In this document: positions 39,675-53,199 of the stretch, piece after piece
Position numbering within the stretch: position 1 is the first letter of the stretch
Layout: every line of letters begins with the position of its first letter
Source: Eledone cirrhosa
Lineage: Eukaryota
Reading direction: 5' to 3'
Assembly (NCBI GenBank): GCA_964016885.1
Contig: OZ024744.1
Location: 94,922,001 to 94,986,000, forward strand
Length of the DNA: 64,000 nucleotides
Notes under the pieces: model-generated
Databases searched by the model: none
Told to the model about the DNA's origin: nothing
The model's input: the letters and a program-made list of their open reading frames with translations, nothing else
Translations under genes and position numbers: made by a program

Positions 39675-40075
39675 GGAGGTGTGTTTTATTGTAGTACAAT
39701 AAAGCAATGCAGATATCGGATAAGAAGCACTCTACAGTTTGTAGGACTGGAGTATACATAATATATAAGATCAAAAGATGGTTAAAAGAGTTCCATGTAT
39801 TTTATTATGCGCACTCCAAAAACAAATATCATCATGCAATAATATTTGTGTTTTCATCAGATAAAATAGGAAGACATGATATGAAGGTTAAAAAACACTT
39901 GTGAATAGTGATTCAAAACTGCACTATTCACAAGTGTTTTTTAACCTTCATATCATGTCTTCCTATTTTATCTGACGAAAACACAAATATTATTGCATGA
40001 TGATATTTATTTTTGGAGTGCGCATAATAAAATACATGGAACTCTTTTAACCATCTTTTGTTCTTATATATATTA
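39672..40075. mobile_element. Penelope-like fold-back element, sister of 61848-62236, hammerhead core mutated
   Basis: Same tail and arm sequence; arms of about 150 bp around loop attcaaaactg; GAAA replaced by GGAG in both arms. Confidence 0.7.
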
Positions 40076-40216
40076 TATATATATATCTATATCTAGGGAA
40101 TGTAATGTCCAGTCACTGTAGGTTCACCAGAGTGAGCACTTGATGCGTAGTTTCCAGTCGGTATTTTGGTGTTGTACTAAACAGAGTAATTATTATTATT
40201 ATTATATATATACAGA

Positions 40217-40285
<69 letters not shown>

Positions 40286-40325
40286 CATATATGTATATAT
40301 ATTTATATTGTTACGTATATATATA

Positions 40326-40575
40326 TTGTTATGTCTTCTTTACGTTTATTAAGTAGTGACGTGCGTTTTGCTATTGATTAGCTCAAGGTTCGATCTGTAT
40401 TGATCTAGCCTGACCCTGGAATCAAAAGCTGATTGGACCCCTGCTGTTGTTACCACAGCATAGGTCCGACGAGCTTTTGATTCTAGAGTCAGGCTAGATC
40501 AATACAGATCGAACCATGAGCTAATCAATAGCAAAACGCACATCACTACTTAATAAACATAATGAAGACATAATA
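40326..40575. repeat. diverged inverted repeat (about 100-bp arms); related fragment at about 51240-51322
   Basis: tatgtcttc...gaatcaaaagct pairs with agcttttgattc...gaagacata, with scattered mismatches. Confidence 0.8.
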
Positions 40576-40731
40576 TATCATCCTTTTATTATTATTATGT
40601 TTCTTATATAAAATATTTACACGCACAAAACCCACATCGTACAGTCCTGTACTGTCTTGTGCCATCTTGTGGCCAATAAAGAAATCATTATTACTATATA
40701 TATACATGATGATATATTATATATTCCTTTT

Positions 40732-40815
<84 letters not shown>

Positions 40816-41774
40816 CATCATCATCATCATCATCATCATCATTTTACGTCAACTTTTCCCTGCTTGCAAGGGTAGGACGGGAACTGATTTTGGCTTGATT
40901 TCTACAGCTGGATGCCCTTCCTAACACCCTGCTTTCTTGCTGTGGCACTTCAACGACCACATTGCAGTGGAATAATAGGGACCCCAGTCCCTATCATCTC
41001 ATTTCTACAGCTGAGTAAACTGGAGCAATGTGAAATAAAGTGTCTTGCTCAAGGAAACAACACACACACATATATATATATATATATATGGAGGCACATG
41101 GCTTAATGGTTAGAGCATTGGCCTTGCAATCAAAAGGTTGTGAGTTCAATTCTCAGACCAGGTGATGTGTTGTTTCCTTGAGCAAGACACTTTATTTCAC
41201 ATTGCCCCAGTTTATTCAGCTGTAGAAATGAGATGATAGGGACTGGGGTCCCTATCATTCCACTGCAAAGTGGTCGTGGAGGTGCCACGGCAAAAAAGCA
41301 CCCACCACTCACTGTAAATGAGGTTGGTGTTAGGAAGGGCATCCAGCTGTAGAAATCAAGCCAGAATCAGTTCCCGTCCCACCCTTGCTAGCAGGGAAAA
41401 GCAGACGTAAAATGAAATGAAAATGAAATGATGATATATATTAGGGTTCTTATATATCTGATATATGTTTATCGTTATCGAGCCCTCTTTGGATTTTGGT
41501 CTCCACATTTATTATTATTATTATATATATATATAGATATGTATGTATGTAAAAGGTAAACAGATATAACAACACAATCGGTACAGTATATGGAAGGGAT
41601 ATATTAGGTTAACGCTTGATATAGCAGGAAGAGGGTGTTTTGGATGCTAGTCCTTCATCAGAAGAAAGATTGAGAAATAAGGTAGATTGAGGGGCAGGTT
41701 GGAATTGGAAAAAAATGACTTTAGATAAAAAAAAAAACAGATCCATTTATGTTGACATCTCTTGCAAAACTGTA

Positions 41775-42215
41775 GGTGCTGGCGTTTTGTGTATGATTTA
41801 AGGAAACTAGGTGTTGAGGAATGGCTTGTGAGGACAGTGCAAGCTTTGTACAGAGGTGCTGTCAGTAAAGTGAGGGTAGGAATGAAGTTTAGTGAGGAAT
41901 TCCAGATACAAGTAGGAGTACATCAAGGTTCGGTCCTGAGCCTGCTCTTGTTCATTATAGTCCTCTAAGCCATAACAGAGGAGTTTATGACTGGCTGTCC
42001 ATGGGAACTTCTCTATGCTGACAATCTGGTTCTTATAGAAGAATCAGTAGAGGAGCTAGAGAATAAATTCTGGCTATGGAAACAGCAGTTGGAAGCAAGA
42101 AGACTGAGAGTGAACCTAGCTAAGACAAAAGTGTTGATGAGTAGAAAAGAGGACAAAACTCTGATTCTGTCAGGGAAATGGCCATGTTCGATATGTAGGA
42201 AAGGAATTGGAAAAA
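41775..42215 (+). mobile_element. RTE-like reverse transcriptase fragment (pseudogenised)
   Basis: GVHQGSVLS.LLFIIVL and ELLYADNLVL..VNLAKTKVL; in-frame stop. Confidence 0.85.
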
Positions 42216-42745
42216 ATGTCTTTAGATAAAAATAACAGGTCCATTTAAGTTGATACACACACATATATATATATACATATATATGTATATATATATACAT
42301 ATATGTGTGTGTATCAAACATATATTTAGAGTTAATCCAAAGAGAGTTAATGCTGCCAATTAATAATATTTCAAAGTAGTTTTCTTCACTGAAAAACATA
42401 TTTTAGTATTTTGCAAAGTAACTGATAAATTTTATTTCAAGTGTGCATTGAGATAAACTACTATCCTTACAGTAAGTATATAACATTATGGGAACGAGCG
42501 ATAGAGGATTGTGGTGTGAAGTGGGGGACAAGGGGTGGTGGTGTGGGGATGAGTGATAGGTGGGGGGGGGGGGAGATGGCGATAGAGGAAAGTGGGGGAG
42601 ACAGTGTAAGAGAGACAGAGAGAGAGAGAGAGAGAGATGGGGGGGGGGGGGGATATAAAGATAGAGAGGTTGGAGTTGAGAAAAGAAGAGTGGGAGAGGA
42701 GTTAGGAAGAGAGGAGGTAGGAGAAAGAAGGAGATAGAGAGAGGG

Positions 42746-42983
<238 letters not shown>

Positions 42984-43393
42984 ACTGTACCAAGGATCTC
43001 ACACATTTTCCAAAATCTTAGGCACCCGTTTTACATATAATAATGATAATAATGAAATTATTGTGGTAAAGTGCTCAGGTGCACTACAACTCGTCAATAT
43101 AGTACATAGAATAATACACACATGTGTTGTATTGAAGCGAATAACTATGTGTATACTCTGGGAAGGTATCCTACATTGCCTATTGAGTACGCTGAGATAC
43201 AACTGGTCCTGGCATTGATAAATATGCTGGGTCCGTCAACTCCTTATTATCTGAGTTCAAATCTCGCCGAGGTTAACTTTGCCTTTCATCCTTACGGGGG
43301 TCGATAAAATAAAGTACCAGTAATGTACTGGGTAATTTGCTGGCCTTGCGCCTAAAGTAGAAACTATTATATATATAATATATATATACATAA

Positions 43394-43429
<36 letters not shown>

Positions 43430-46400
43430 ATGATGATGATGATATATATATATATAGAGAGAGAGAGAGAACGAGAGTAAGTAATCAATGAGGCTTTTTA
43501 AACAACCATTGTTAAATATTGTTTCCATAACAATGTCAGTCAAAAGGATAACTAAACTCCAAACCACGCTCCACTCACCACTGTCCACTCTCCAATTTCC
43601 ACTCACCACCCTCCACTCTCTTCCACTCACCACTTTTCACTCACAAATTCCCATTCTCCACTCTCCCCTCACCACTCTCCACTCTTCAATTTCCAGTTTC
43701 AACTCTCCACTCACCATTCACCACCCTCACTCACCACTCACCACTCTCCACTCACCACCCACTCTCGACTCTCCACTCTCCAATTTCCAGTCTCCACTCC
43801 CCACTCACCACCCTCCACTCTCTTCCACTCACCACTCTCCACTCACCACTCTCCAATTCCCATTCTCCACTCTCCCCTCACCACCCTCACTCACCACTCA
43901 CCACTCACCATCCTCACTCACCACTCACCACCCTCTCTCCACTCACCACCCACTCTCCACTCACCACCCTCTCTCCACTCACCACCCACCACCCACCACC
44001 CTCTCTCCACTCACCACCCACCACCCACCACCCTCTCTCCACTCACCACCCACCACCCACCACCCTCTCTCCACTCACCACCCACCACTCACCACTCTCC
44101 ATTCATCACTCTCCAATTTCAAGATCCCACTAAAAGATATTTTGATTTCATATTTACAAATTTACAATGTTTACAAACACAAACACAAACACAAACAAAC
44201 AAAACATTACTACTTCAGTTGTTATATTCTACTCTAATGTAATGGATCTTTCTACGTCTCCTGGACCAGACACCAGACACTCACCGACAGCCAGTCACCA
44301 CAAACTACTTAATATTTAATTGTTGCAAAAATGATTGTTGACTGTTAAAACTTAAGTAACTGGAGTATGGAGAAGGATATTGGCATTATCATCATCAGCA
44401 TTGTCATCACCACCACCATCATCACCAACACCACCGCCATCACCACTGTGCCCCCCCCCCACCACCACTTTCATCTTCATCACTATCAGCACCACCAGCA
44501 CCACCACCACCACCACTGCTACCACCTTCATCATTACCACAATCAGCACCAACACCAACACCACCACCACCACCACCATCATTATCACCACTATCACCTC
44601 CACAGCCACCACCAAGCATCATCACCACCACCACCACCACCATCATTATCACCACTATCACCACCACAGCCACCACCAACCATCACCATCACCACCGCCG
44701 CCACCACCACCACCAGCACCATCATTATCACCACTATCACCACCACAGCCACAACCAACCATCATCATCACCACCACCACCTCCCACTACCCTTACCCCC
44801 ACCATCACTGCCACCACCACAACCATCATCACCACCATCATTGTTAAAGAAGTTGTCACATCACAAGGCTTGACTAGTCAGGTGACCATATCTTGCTTAT
44901 ATCATCAATTTTTGCCTTGGTTTGGTCTTCTATGGCTGGATGCTCTTTCTAATGCCTACCACCTTATAGGGTGAACTGGGTGTTTTTTGTCGTGGCACTA
45001 GTGTGACCCTCCTTACAAAGTGGATTGAATGAGTTTTTGTTGTGGCGCCAGTATTAGCACTGTAAAGGGGGGTGGACTGAGTGTTTTTTGTTATCACCAG
45101 CAGTACCACTTTACAGGGTGGCCAGAGATGGCTGGATAACATCCATGAGCTTGGCTAGTCTCTCTGGGGGATCCAGCCGGATCAGTTGGAGACGGTTGCT
45201 TCTGACAAGATCCGCTGGGAGGAGTGTTTGAGGACTCTGCTCCCATGACCCTTTTACGAATAAGTGGGAGAAGAAGAAGACTAGTATGTTACTAAAAATC
45301 CCATAAGTTATAAAATAAATAGGATGGGTTGGGGGTCTCAATATATAAACTAAACAACTAATTCTGGTTTTTAAAACAAATCAACGAAGACAATCTAAAA
45401 AAATTACCGATTTCTCCACCCAACCCTGCTTATTTCACCCCCCCCCCCCATTATTTAGGATCTGAGAGTACTAGTTGTAGCCCAGATTTTCCTTAGGACA
45501 TTCATACAAACACACCCTTTTTTCTGCACACCTGTTGACAGACTTGCACTTAAAATTTCCCCATTCCCTGCATTTGCAGGTGACAACACTCTCTACCTAT
45601 CTATTTATCTTTAACATACACACTCTCTCTCTTACTGTATTTCTCTCTCAATAACCTAAACAATAACCACCTCTCATTATAGTAAAGTCTGTGTTACTTT
45701 GTCTATATGGTGTAGGATATACAGAAAACACACAAACATACAGAAATATAAACACACATACAGAAACACACAAACAACAAAAAAAAAAAACTCTGTATTT
45801 TCCTTTGTTACGTATTTTAGTTAGAGAAAGGGGGAGGTTGAGTGAGAGGTAGAGTAGTATTTTCCTCCCTCTATATAGAGAGTATGACAGACAGACAGAC
45901 AGACTGACACACACAGATTTTATAAAGCTGAGCATTTTTTTTGCTTCACAGTTTCTTTCTATGATTAATGTTTCTTTCTGAAAAATGTTCATCTTTTGAT
46001 AATCTATGTAAATAAATACACCATTTTTTTTTAGTTTTAAAAAACAAAAAACAACAAAAAACAAAATAAAAACACATACATTATTATTATGTATTAGTCA
46101 TTGTTTTCTCAAAGATAAACAAAACAAAAAAAAACAACAAAAACAGAAGGAAAAAAAACAAAAAAAAAACAGAAAAAATCATGGGGAGGAACAACAACGA
46201 AAACACGGGGGGGGGGGGGGATAACAAAAAAAAAAACAGGAGAGAACAACAAATAAAAATTGAAAAAAGAGGGAAAAACAGAAAAAAACTGCAAAACGGA
46301 ATTAAAAAAAAAAAAAAGTCAAGGAAATATCAACAGAAAAATAGCAACAAAAAACCCCAGAAAAAACAACAAAAAATCAGAAGGAAAAAAGACAACAAAA

Positions 46401-46576
46401 AATCAAGGAAAAACAAAAAAGGGTAATCTGAAGAAACAAGTTGTGGTCATCTGCTTTGACAAGACAAAAAAGATTATTTAGTAAAGTTTGCAAATTGATT
46501 AAGTTCTTTCTGATAAAGGGCTGAGCTCAACATATCGGGATTCTTATCTCTTCCTGAGGTAATAATAATAGGAACT

Positions 46577-46972
46577 TACATTCGGGTCTCGAATAATCGT
46601 CCCCCACTACTCATTGATTAATTGTCTAGATTTTTTTTCCAATCCACCCTGCACCGCTTTTATCAACTCCACCCAACCCCTACTTATTAAATTTTGCTAA
46701 TCTCTCCCCAGCAAAAATTTATTTTAAGTGGTAGCATTCCTGCAACAATTAATTTTCTTTAGACATTAAAAAAACATTATACATGACAAAAAGAAGAACA
46801 TTACTAGAAATCCTATATGTTATAAAATAAATAGGATGGGTTGGGGTCTCAATATGTAAACTAAATGACTAATTCTGTTTTTTTTAAATATCCACAGATA
46901 CAACCTAGAAAAATTACGCCCCCCCCTCCCCACTGCTCATTCCAGCCCCTTATTATTTGGGACCCGAAAGTA
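46577..46972. mobile_element. TA-flanked MITE; partial copy at about 45290-45470
   Basis: Ends tacattcgggtctcgaataat / attatttgggacccgaaagta; internal ataaaataaataggatgggttgggg shared. Confidence 0.55.
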
Positions 46973-47069
46973 GGTAATTTGCGAACTTTTCTCAAATGTG
47001 GTTTGGTTATGTAAATAAAGTCAAATAAGCATTAAAAAAATGGAATCAAAAGAACCAAGTTATGTAACT

Positions 47070-48298
47070 CAGTGATGCACAACGTGTTCCTGGTGGACCA
47101 CCGGTGATCCGTATACCTCAGTTTTGGTGGTCTACGATGGCAAGTGTTATAGGAGCAAGGAAGTTTATCAATTTATAGTATTAGACAATTTAAATCAAGG
47201 GTCTCAAAAAGGTGGCACGCAAACTACTTTTCTGAATTTCTTTAATGAACGCTGAATTTTTTTTATGAATTGCTTTCCTTGACACTGCTTTATGTATTAA
47301 GGAGAGATAACTCTATTGTTGACATAACACGCCTAGAGCACACTGAAGGTTAAGGAAAATTTGTCCCCCTACATTCTGCACTAATTCACATATCCCACTT
47401 GATATCATATACGTATTCATTTTAAATAGATTTTTTACGGGCAAAACCAATTGGCAGGAGACCCTGGGGTAGACCCCAAGCAAGATGATTAGATAACATC
47501 CATGAACTTGGCTGGTCTTGCTTAGGGATCAGTTGGGGACGGTTGCTTCTGACAGGACCTGTTGGAGGGAGTGTTTGAGGACTCTGTCCCTCTCAGGAAT
47601 AAGTGGGTCAAGAAGGAGGAGAGGAAGGGAGAGACGAAAAATAAAGAGAAGAAGGAAGAAAAGAAAAAGATGGCGAAGAAGAAGAAGAAGAAGAAGAAGA
47701 AGAAATTCATTTTGATAAAAAAAAAAAAAAAGTAGCACCCTATCCGCTACATTCTAGATTATAATTATAATTGTCAGACCCCCCCCCCCCCCACACCTCA
47801 TCTCACTCTTGTCTTGCTGTGCCTCTTCCCCAGTACAAAATGGGCCTTTTTGAGTCCTTGAATTTGCGACCTCTGATTTATAGTAAATTAAAAATAAATT
47901 TACATGAATATATATCTTTATTTATTATATACATACACATGTTTAACCCTTTAGCATTTACATTATTCTATATATACTTTTATATTTTCATGGTAAAGGC
48001 TACACTGCATATAATATCAAATCTATGAGATTTTCATATTATTTATTTTGAAAACGATACCTTAACGTCAGAATGAGAAGCCAGTTATGACTGGTTTGAA
48101 CAGAAAGAGGTGAAAGAATTCTGGCTGGATACAGCCGGTTTAAATGTTAAAGGGTTAACTCCTCATGCTTCACATGAAGCAATCAAAACTTAAAAGTAAA
48201 TTTTATTATATTTGGTGGTCCATGAAGTCTTTCTTTGTGAATTTTGTGTAGAGGGATAGAGGGCAGCACCTTTCTGAAAAAAGTGTTGTACATCACTG
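47070..48298. mobile_element. hAT-type non-autonomous element with nested insertions
   Basis: TIR CAGTGATGCACAAC/GTTGTACATCACTG; degenerate 8-bp TSD atgtaact/agttaact. Confidence 0.65.
47455..47705 (+). mobile_element. short LINE 3' end with purine-rich (GAA)n tail; other copies at about 45120-45280, 52460-52850, 60880-61075 (+) and 59155-59250 (-)
   Basis: Shared gacggttgcttctgacagg...gtttgaggactctgtcc...gaataagtgg; encodes RP.GRPQAR.LDNI and DRTCWR. Confidence 0.65.
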
Positions 48299-49147
48299 AG
48301 TTAACTGCCCTTACAGGTAGCTTACCTCTTTAACAGTATACAGCAGTCACCATTTAATGAGATTAACTAAAGTATACATTTTCCAGTATACTTTATTTAA
48401 AGTAAGGAGGATAAATGAGCAAAAAAAAGAGGGTGAATTACAAGGATAAAACAGAAAGGGGGGTGGGGGTGGGGTGGGGAATACAGTGAGAACATCTTAG
48501 CAAGTCATAATAATAATGGTTTTCTTATATAGGCACAAGGCCAGCAATTTTGGGAGAGGGGAAAGCCGATTAAATTGACTCCAGTGCATGACTGGTACTT
48601 TATTTCATTGACTCCGTAAGGATGAAGGGCAAGGTTAACCTCGGCGGGATTTGAACTCAGAATGGAAAGGGCCGTAACTCTTTGCGTTATGGCCCTTTCC
48701 ATTAATTAATAATAATTGTTTCTACTTTTGGTACAAGGCCATCAATTACCCAGTACATTACTGGTACTTTATTGCATCGACCCCGTAAGGATGAAGGGCA
48801 AGGTTAACCTCGGCGGGATTTGAACTCAGACGGCAAAGGGACGTAACTATGCTGGAAAGCATGGTGTCCGACCCTCTACCGATTCTGCCAATTCACCGCA
48901 TAATAAAATGAGCAAGAAAATAAATATGTTTCCCACAACCGTAAAAGGAAAATTAAACAAAGCAATAACAATTCCTAATACCTTTACTTTTACCTGTATG
49001 CATTTTGCTTATAATCCACAATAGCGTTACACAAACAACATATAAATGTGTATGTAGGTGTGATGTGTGTATGTGTGTGTGTGTACATGCAGATGTGCAT
49101 ATATGCATGTATACACACACATACACATAACGGATGTGCATATATGC

Positions 49148-49185
<38 letters not shown>

Positions 49186-49777
49186 GTCAGGTCACCAGTT
49201 GGTGCTACTGGTAACATGTATCCCAGTACAACCTGTCTCATAGTCGGGTCATTGGCGACTAAACTGGCAACCCCACCAAGGTTTCTTGGTGAGGAGGGTG
49301 ACTTTGGACATCCTGCAGGACTAAAAACAAAACCTGTCAAAGGGCAAAGGAGCTCTTAAGAGTCAATGGCCATCCAAAATCACCGGGAGAGATCACCCCT
49401 TAGCCTTTGTCAAGGCAGAATTCTAGGAGAAGGAAAACTCTGATATAACACCTGCAACCCTGATGGTATCCAATGATGTTGACTTGTTCTTCTTTTTGGT
49501 AAATATCATCTTGGTTAAGAGAGTGGGACTGGCTTTGTGCAGTGCCTTTGCTCACTATAAAAGCTTCACGGCACAGACATTGCTTTATATCTGGAGATCT
49601 CTCTGCACTTGTCGTCACATGGTACCATGGGCCCAGCACTATGTGTCAATAATTGTCACAAGTGTAGTGTTTGTACCAGAGTTTTCAAGTCGCTGGCTGG
49701 ACTAAAAAGTAACACTCGTTCAGCGCATCGGTAGGGGTTCTCCTACATGGCCATACTCAAAAACGAGTTGGCAGCCA

Positions 49778-49808
<31 letters not shown>

Positions 49809-49821
49809 GCAAAGGTAAAAA

Positions 49822-49886
49822 ATATATAACATGTTTCAGGACCCTAGACAATATTAACACACGTCTAGTTCACTCATCAGACAGAT
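49822..49886 (-). ncRNA. degenerate type I hammerhead-like motif
   Basis: Minus strand atctgt-CTGATGA-(stem II with ctagac/gtctag)-GAAA-catg-TT-atatat; palindromic stem III ACATGT; stems I and II imperfect. Confidence 0.45.
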
Positions 49887-49960
49887 GAGCGATACATGTA
49901 TTAGGTAACAAAAATGTTTTTAAAACTAATTTTCCATCTCTATTTTTGAATATATATATA

Positions 49961-50586
49961 TTCGAGCTGTTTGTTTACAAACAGACCGAACATTATAATA
50001 AATGTTCGGTAAACCCATACGTACATATATATATATGTGTGTGCATGTATGTATATATACATACTACTGTACGTCTGTATACATATATGTATGTACGTAT
50101 ACATCCTTATATTTAGGTAACAGCCGTACTAAGAGTGAGAAATTAAATTTTGTTTCATTTTTTCCATATATCGTTTTCGGTGCGCCTGGCTGACTAACTC
50201 ACTCGATATGCAAATTAGGCTGCTCAGCCGTTAATAGGCATGAGGAAAGTATATACTTTCAGACGTTCAATCATCTGACAGAAAGGTATATGATACTGAC
50301 GATAGCTAATAAGCTTGAAACTAGTTCATCGTTCCTGTGTCAGTGTTGAACAAAAGGGCGACGATGGTTGCCGAGCACTGTACGGCTTAATTCGAGCTGT
50401 TTGTTTACAGACAAACCGAACATTATAATAAATGTTCGGTAAACCCATACGTACATATATATATGTGTGCATGTATGTATATATACATACTACTGTACGT
50501 CTGTATAGATATAAGTATGTACGTATACATACTTACATTGAAGTAACAGCCGTACTAAGAGTGATAAATGAAATTTCGTTTCATTC
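49961..50586. repeat. about 195-bp direct repeats flanking a 230-bp spacer
   Basis: 49961-50160 is similar to 50391-50586; internal hairpin ccgaacatt/aatgttcgg. Confidence 0.8.
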
Positions 50587-50966
50587 TTTTCTATATCATC
50601 ATCATTTCATTTCATTTCATTTTACGTCCGCTTTTTCCCTGCTTGCAAGGGTGGGATGGGAACTGATTCTGGCTTCTTAGATATATATAAGCAAAATGGA
50701 TATTCAATTTGTTGGTAATTCAACAAATATAAATGTTTATAACTGATTCAGAGCATTCGACAAGTTTTCTGGAGTATAATATTCAATGATATTAAATATC
50801 CAAGAAAAACTTGAACCATTAAGGTAGCTTTTCTTGGTTATGTCAAAATTTATGAAACAAACTTTGTATTTTATCTGATGAAAGCGTACCAAAGTTTTGG
50901 TACCCTTGAAATATATATAATAGAATAAATATGGTTTTATAAATATAGTTTCCATTTATTTAATAT

Positions 50967-51006
<40 letters not shown>

Positions 51007-51470
51007 GTAATAATAATTGTTTCTACTTTTGGCACAAGGCCAGCAATTATCCCAGTGTATTACTGGTACTTTATTTTATCGACCCCGTAAGAATGAAAGG
51101 CAAAGTTAACCTCGGAGGGATTTGAACTCAGAATGGAAAGGGCCGTAACTCTATGCGGCAAAGCATGGCGTCCGACCCTCTACCAATACTGCCAATCCAC
51201 CGCCCCCTATAATAGTAATAATAATAAAAAGGACGAAGTGTTAGATCTTCATTACATCTATTGCGATTGATTAGATCAAGGCTCGATCTGTATTGATCTA
51301 GCCCGACTCTGGAATCAAAGCTTGTCAGGTCTGTTATGGTAATGAAACTATATATACATAGTGCATGCATAGTGTTTGCAGAAATAAATAATTAAGGAAA
51401 TCCAACATTTTTGGCCTCCTGTAATTTCACTTTATAATATATATATATCATCATCATCATCATCATCATT

Positions 51471-52030
51471 TTACGTCTGCTTTTTCCTGCTTGCAAGGGT
51501 GGGACGGCTCTTATTCAGCACAGCATCTCTCCATTTGTCACGGTCCTTCATCATCTCCACTGCGAGCTTCAGCGATCTGAGGTCTGTTCTCACCACCTCC
51601 GCCCATGTTTTTCGTGGTCTACCTCTACCACGTCTTCCTTCTACTGGCATTTCCTGGCACTTCTTCACCCATCGGTCATCCTCCATGCGCATCACATGTC
51701 CATACCACCTCAGTCTCCTCTCCCGTACACTACATTCTATCCCTCTCAGACACAGTTTCTCTCTCAACACATCCATGCTGGGTCGTTCACGCACATTGAT
51801 ACTGCACATCCAACGGAGCATGCTTGCTTCATTTCTCTCCAGCCGTCGTATATCCTCTGCAGTTGCTGCCCATGTCTCACTACCATGCAGCATCGCGCTC
51901 CTCACGCAGGCATCATACAACCGGCCTGTAGTACGCAGGGAGAAACCCTTCTTCGTCAGCAGAGGAAGCAGCTCCCTAAACTTCTTCCAACCCGTCCTTA
52001 TTCTAGATACTATGGCTTCGGAACATGTTA
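51471..52030 (-). mobile_element. RTE-clade LINE, 5'-truncated 3' end with (ATG)n tail
   Basis: ORF MYDACVRSAMLHGSETW...RRLRWYGHVMRM...GRGRPRKTW; ends in the tail shared with SINE family 1. Confidence 0.88.
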
Positions 52031-53199
52031 ATCTGATCTCCTAGGTACCGGAAGCTATCCACCACTTCTATAGCACCCGCCTGTATATACATATATATAT
52101 ATACATATATACACAAACACACATATATACATACACAATGTTGGAGGTGTAGAAATTCAAAGAACGGTTAGTTAGGCAGTTGGACATTATAAAATTTTGA
52201 AGATTGTGGCAGGTTTTTATAACTATTTCAAATCACCATTGAAGTTGGTAACAAAACTAGCCGTGGTGAAACAAACTAGGTTCAAAACAGGGAAGCCAAA
52301 GCATTCAGAAAAGGGTTTAAATAACATCATTAAGTATGAAGGGTTCCTAATTTCTCAATTGTGTCAGGGGTGGGGTGGGGGTGATGAACTAGGTTGTATT
52401 GGCAAAATGTCTCAGGAAAGAAACATTGGTTAGATTTTAAGGGCAAAAACCAACCAACAGGAGAATCAGAGGTAGACCTTGAGCAAGATGGTTGGATATC
52501 AATCCATAAGCTCAGCTGCTCTACTAGAAGGATCCAGCCGGATCTGATGGAAATAGGGTTGCTTCTGACAGGACCCACTGGACTGGAAGGCGTGTTTGAG
52601 GACTCTGTCCTCAAACACGCCTCTCGGGAATAAGTGGACGCTGAAGAAGAAGAAGAGGGGGAGAAGGAGGAGGAAGAAGAAGAAGAGGGGGAGGAGAGGA
52701 GAAGGAGGAAGACAAGGAAGAGGAGGATGAGGGGGGTGAGGGTAAGGATGATGATGATGAGGAGGAGGAGGAGAAGGAAGAGAAGAAGAAGAAGAAGAAG
52801 AAGAAGAAGAAGAAGAAGAAGAAGAAGAAGAAGAAGAAGAAGAAGAAGAAGCAGCAGCAGCAGCAGCAGCAGCTCTGTATATCGATTACAAGATTACAAG
52901 AACCGCTGAGATAAAAATGACAGGAGGTAAAACTAGGACACAGATTGACAATAGCTTTCTTTAATGGTTGCATGCCACGTCATGCCAGCACCACCTGATA
53001 CAGTGAATATATTTCTGAGTAAATTTGTAAGGTGAGGTGCAAACATTTGTTGGATTACATAAATGTCTTCATACTTATATAAATCACAATTTCCTGACCT
53101 ATTTAACTGTTTGTTATCTGTGTTAATATATATACAGTATATAAATGTGTGGAGACATGTGGCCTAGTGGTAAGGGTGTTGGGTTTATGATCATAATGT

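Noticed and set aside
44285-44341. 57-nt AG/GTGAGT-bounded segment on the minus strand
   Set aside because: It has a stop in the required phase and no homology; it could be a poison or UTR exon but nothing supports that.
48326-48366. 41-nt segment with a strong GTAAGC donor on the minus strand
   Set aside because: Weak acceptor, not 3n, and no resemblance to the missing upstream FCHSD2 exon.
48994-49030. Minus-strand ...VDYKQNAYR|GTAAAA resembling the end of the missing upstream exon
   Set aside because: No AG acceptor upstream; it runs into a (CA)/(TA) microsatellite.
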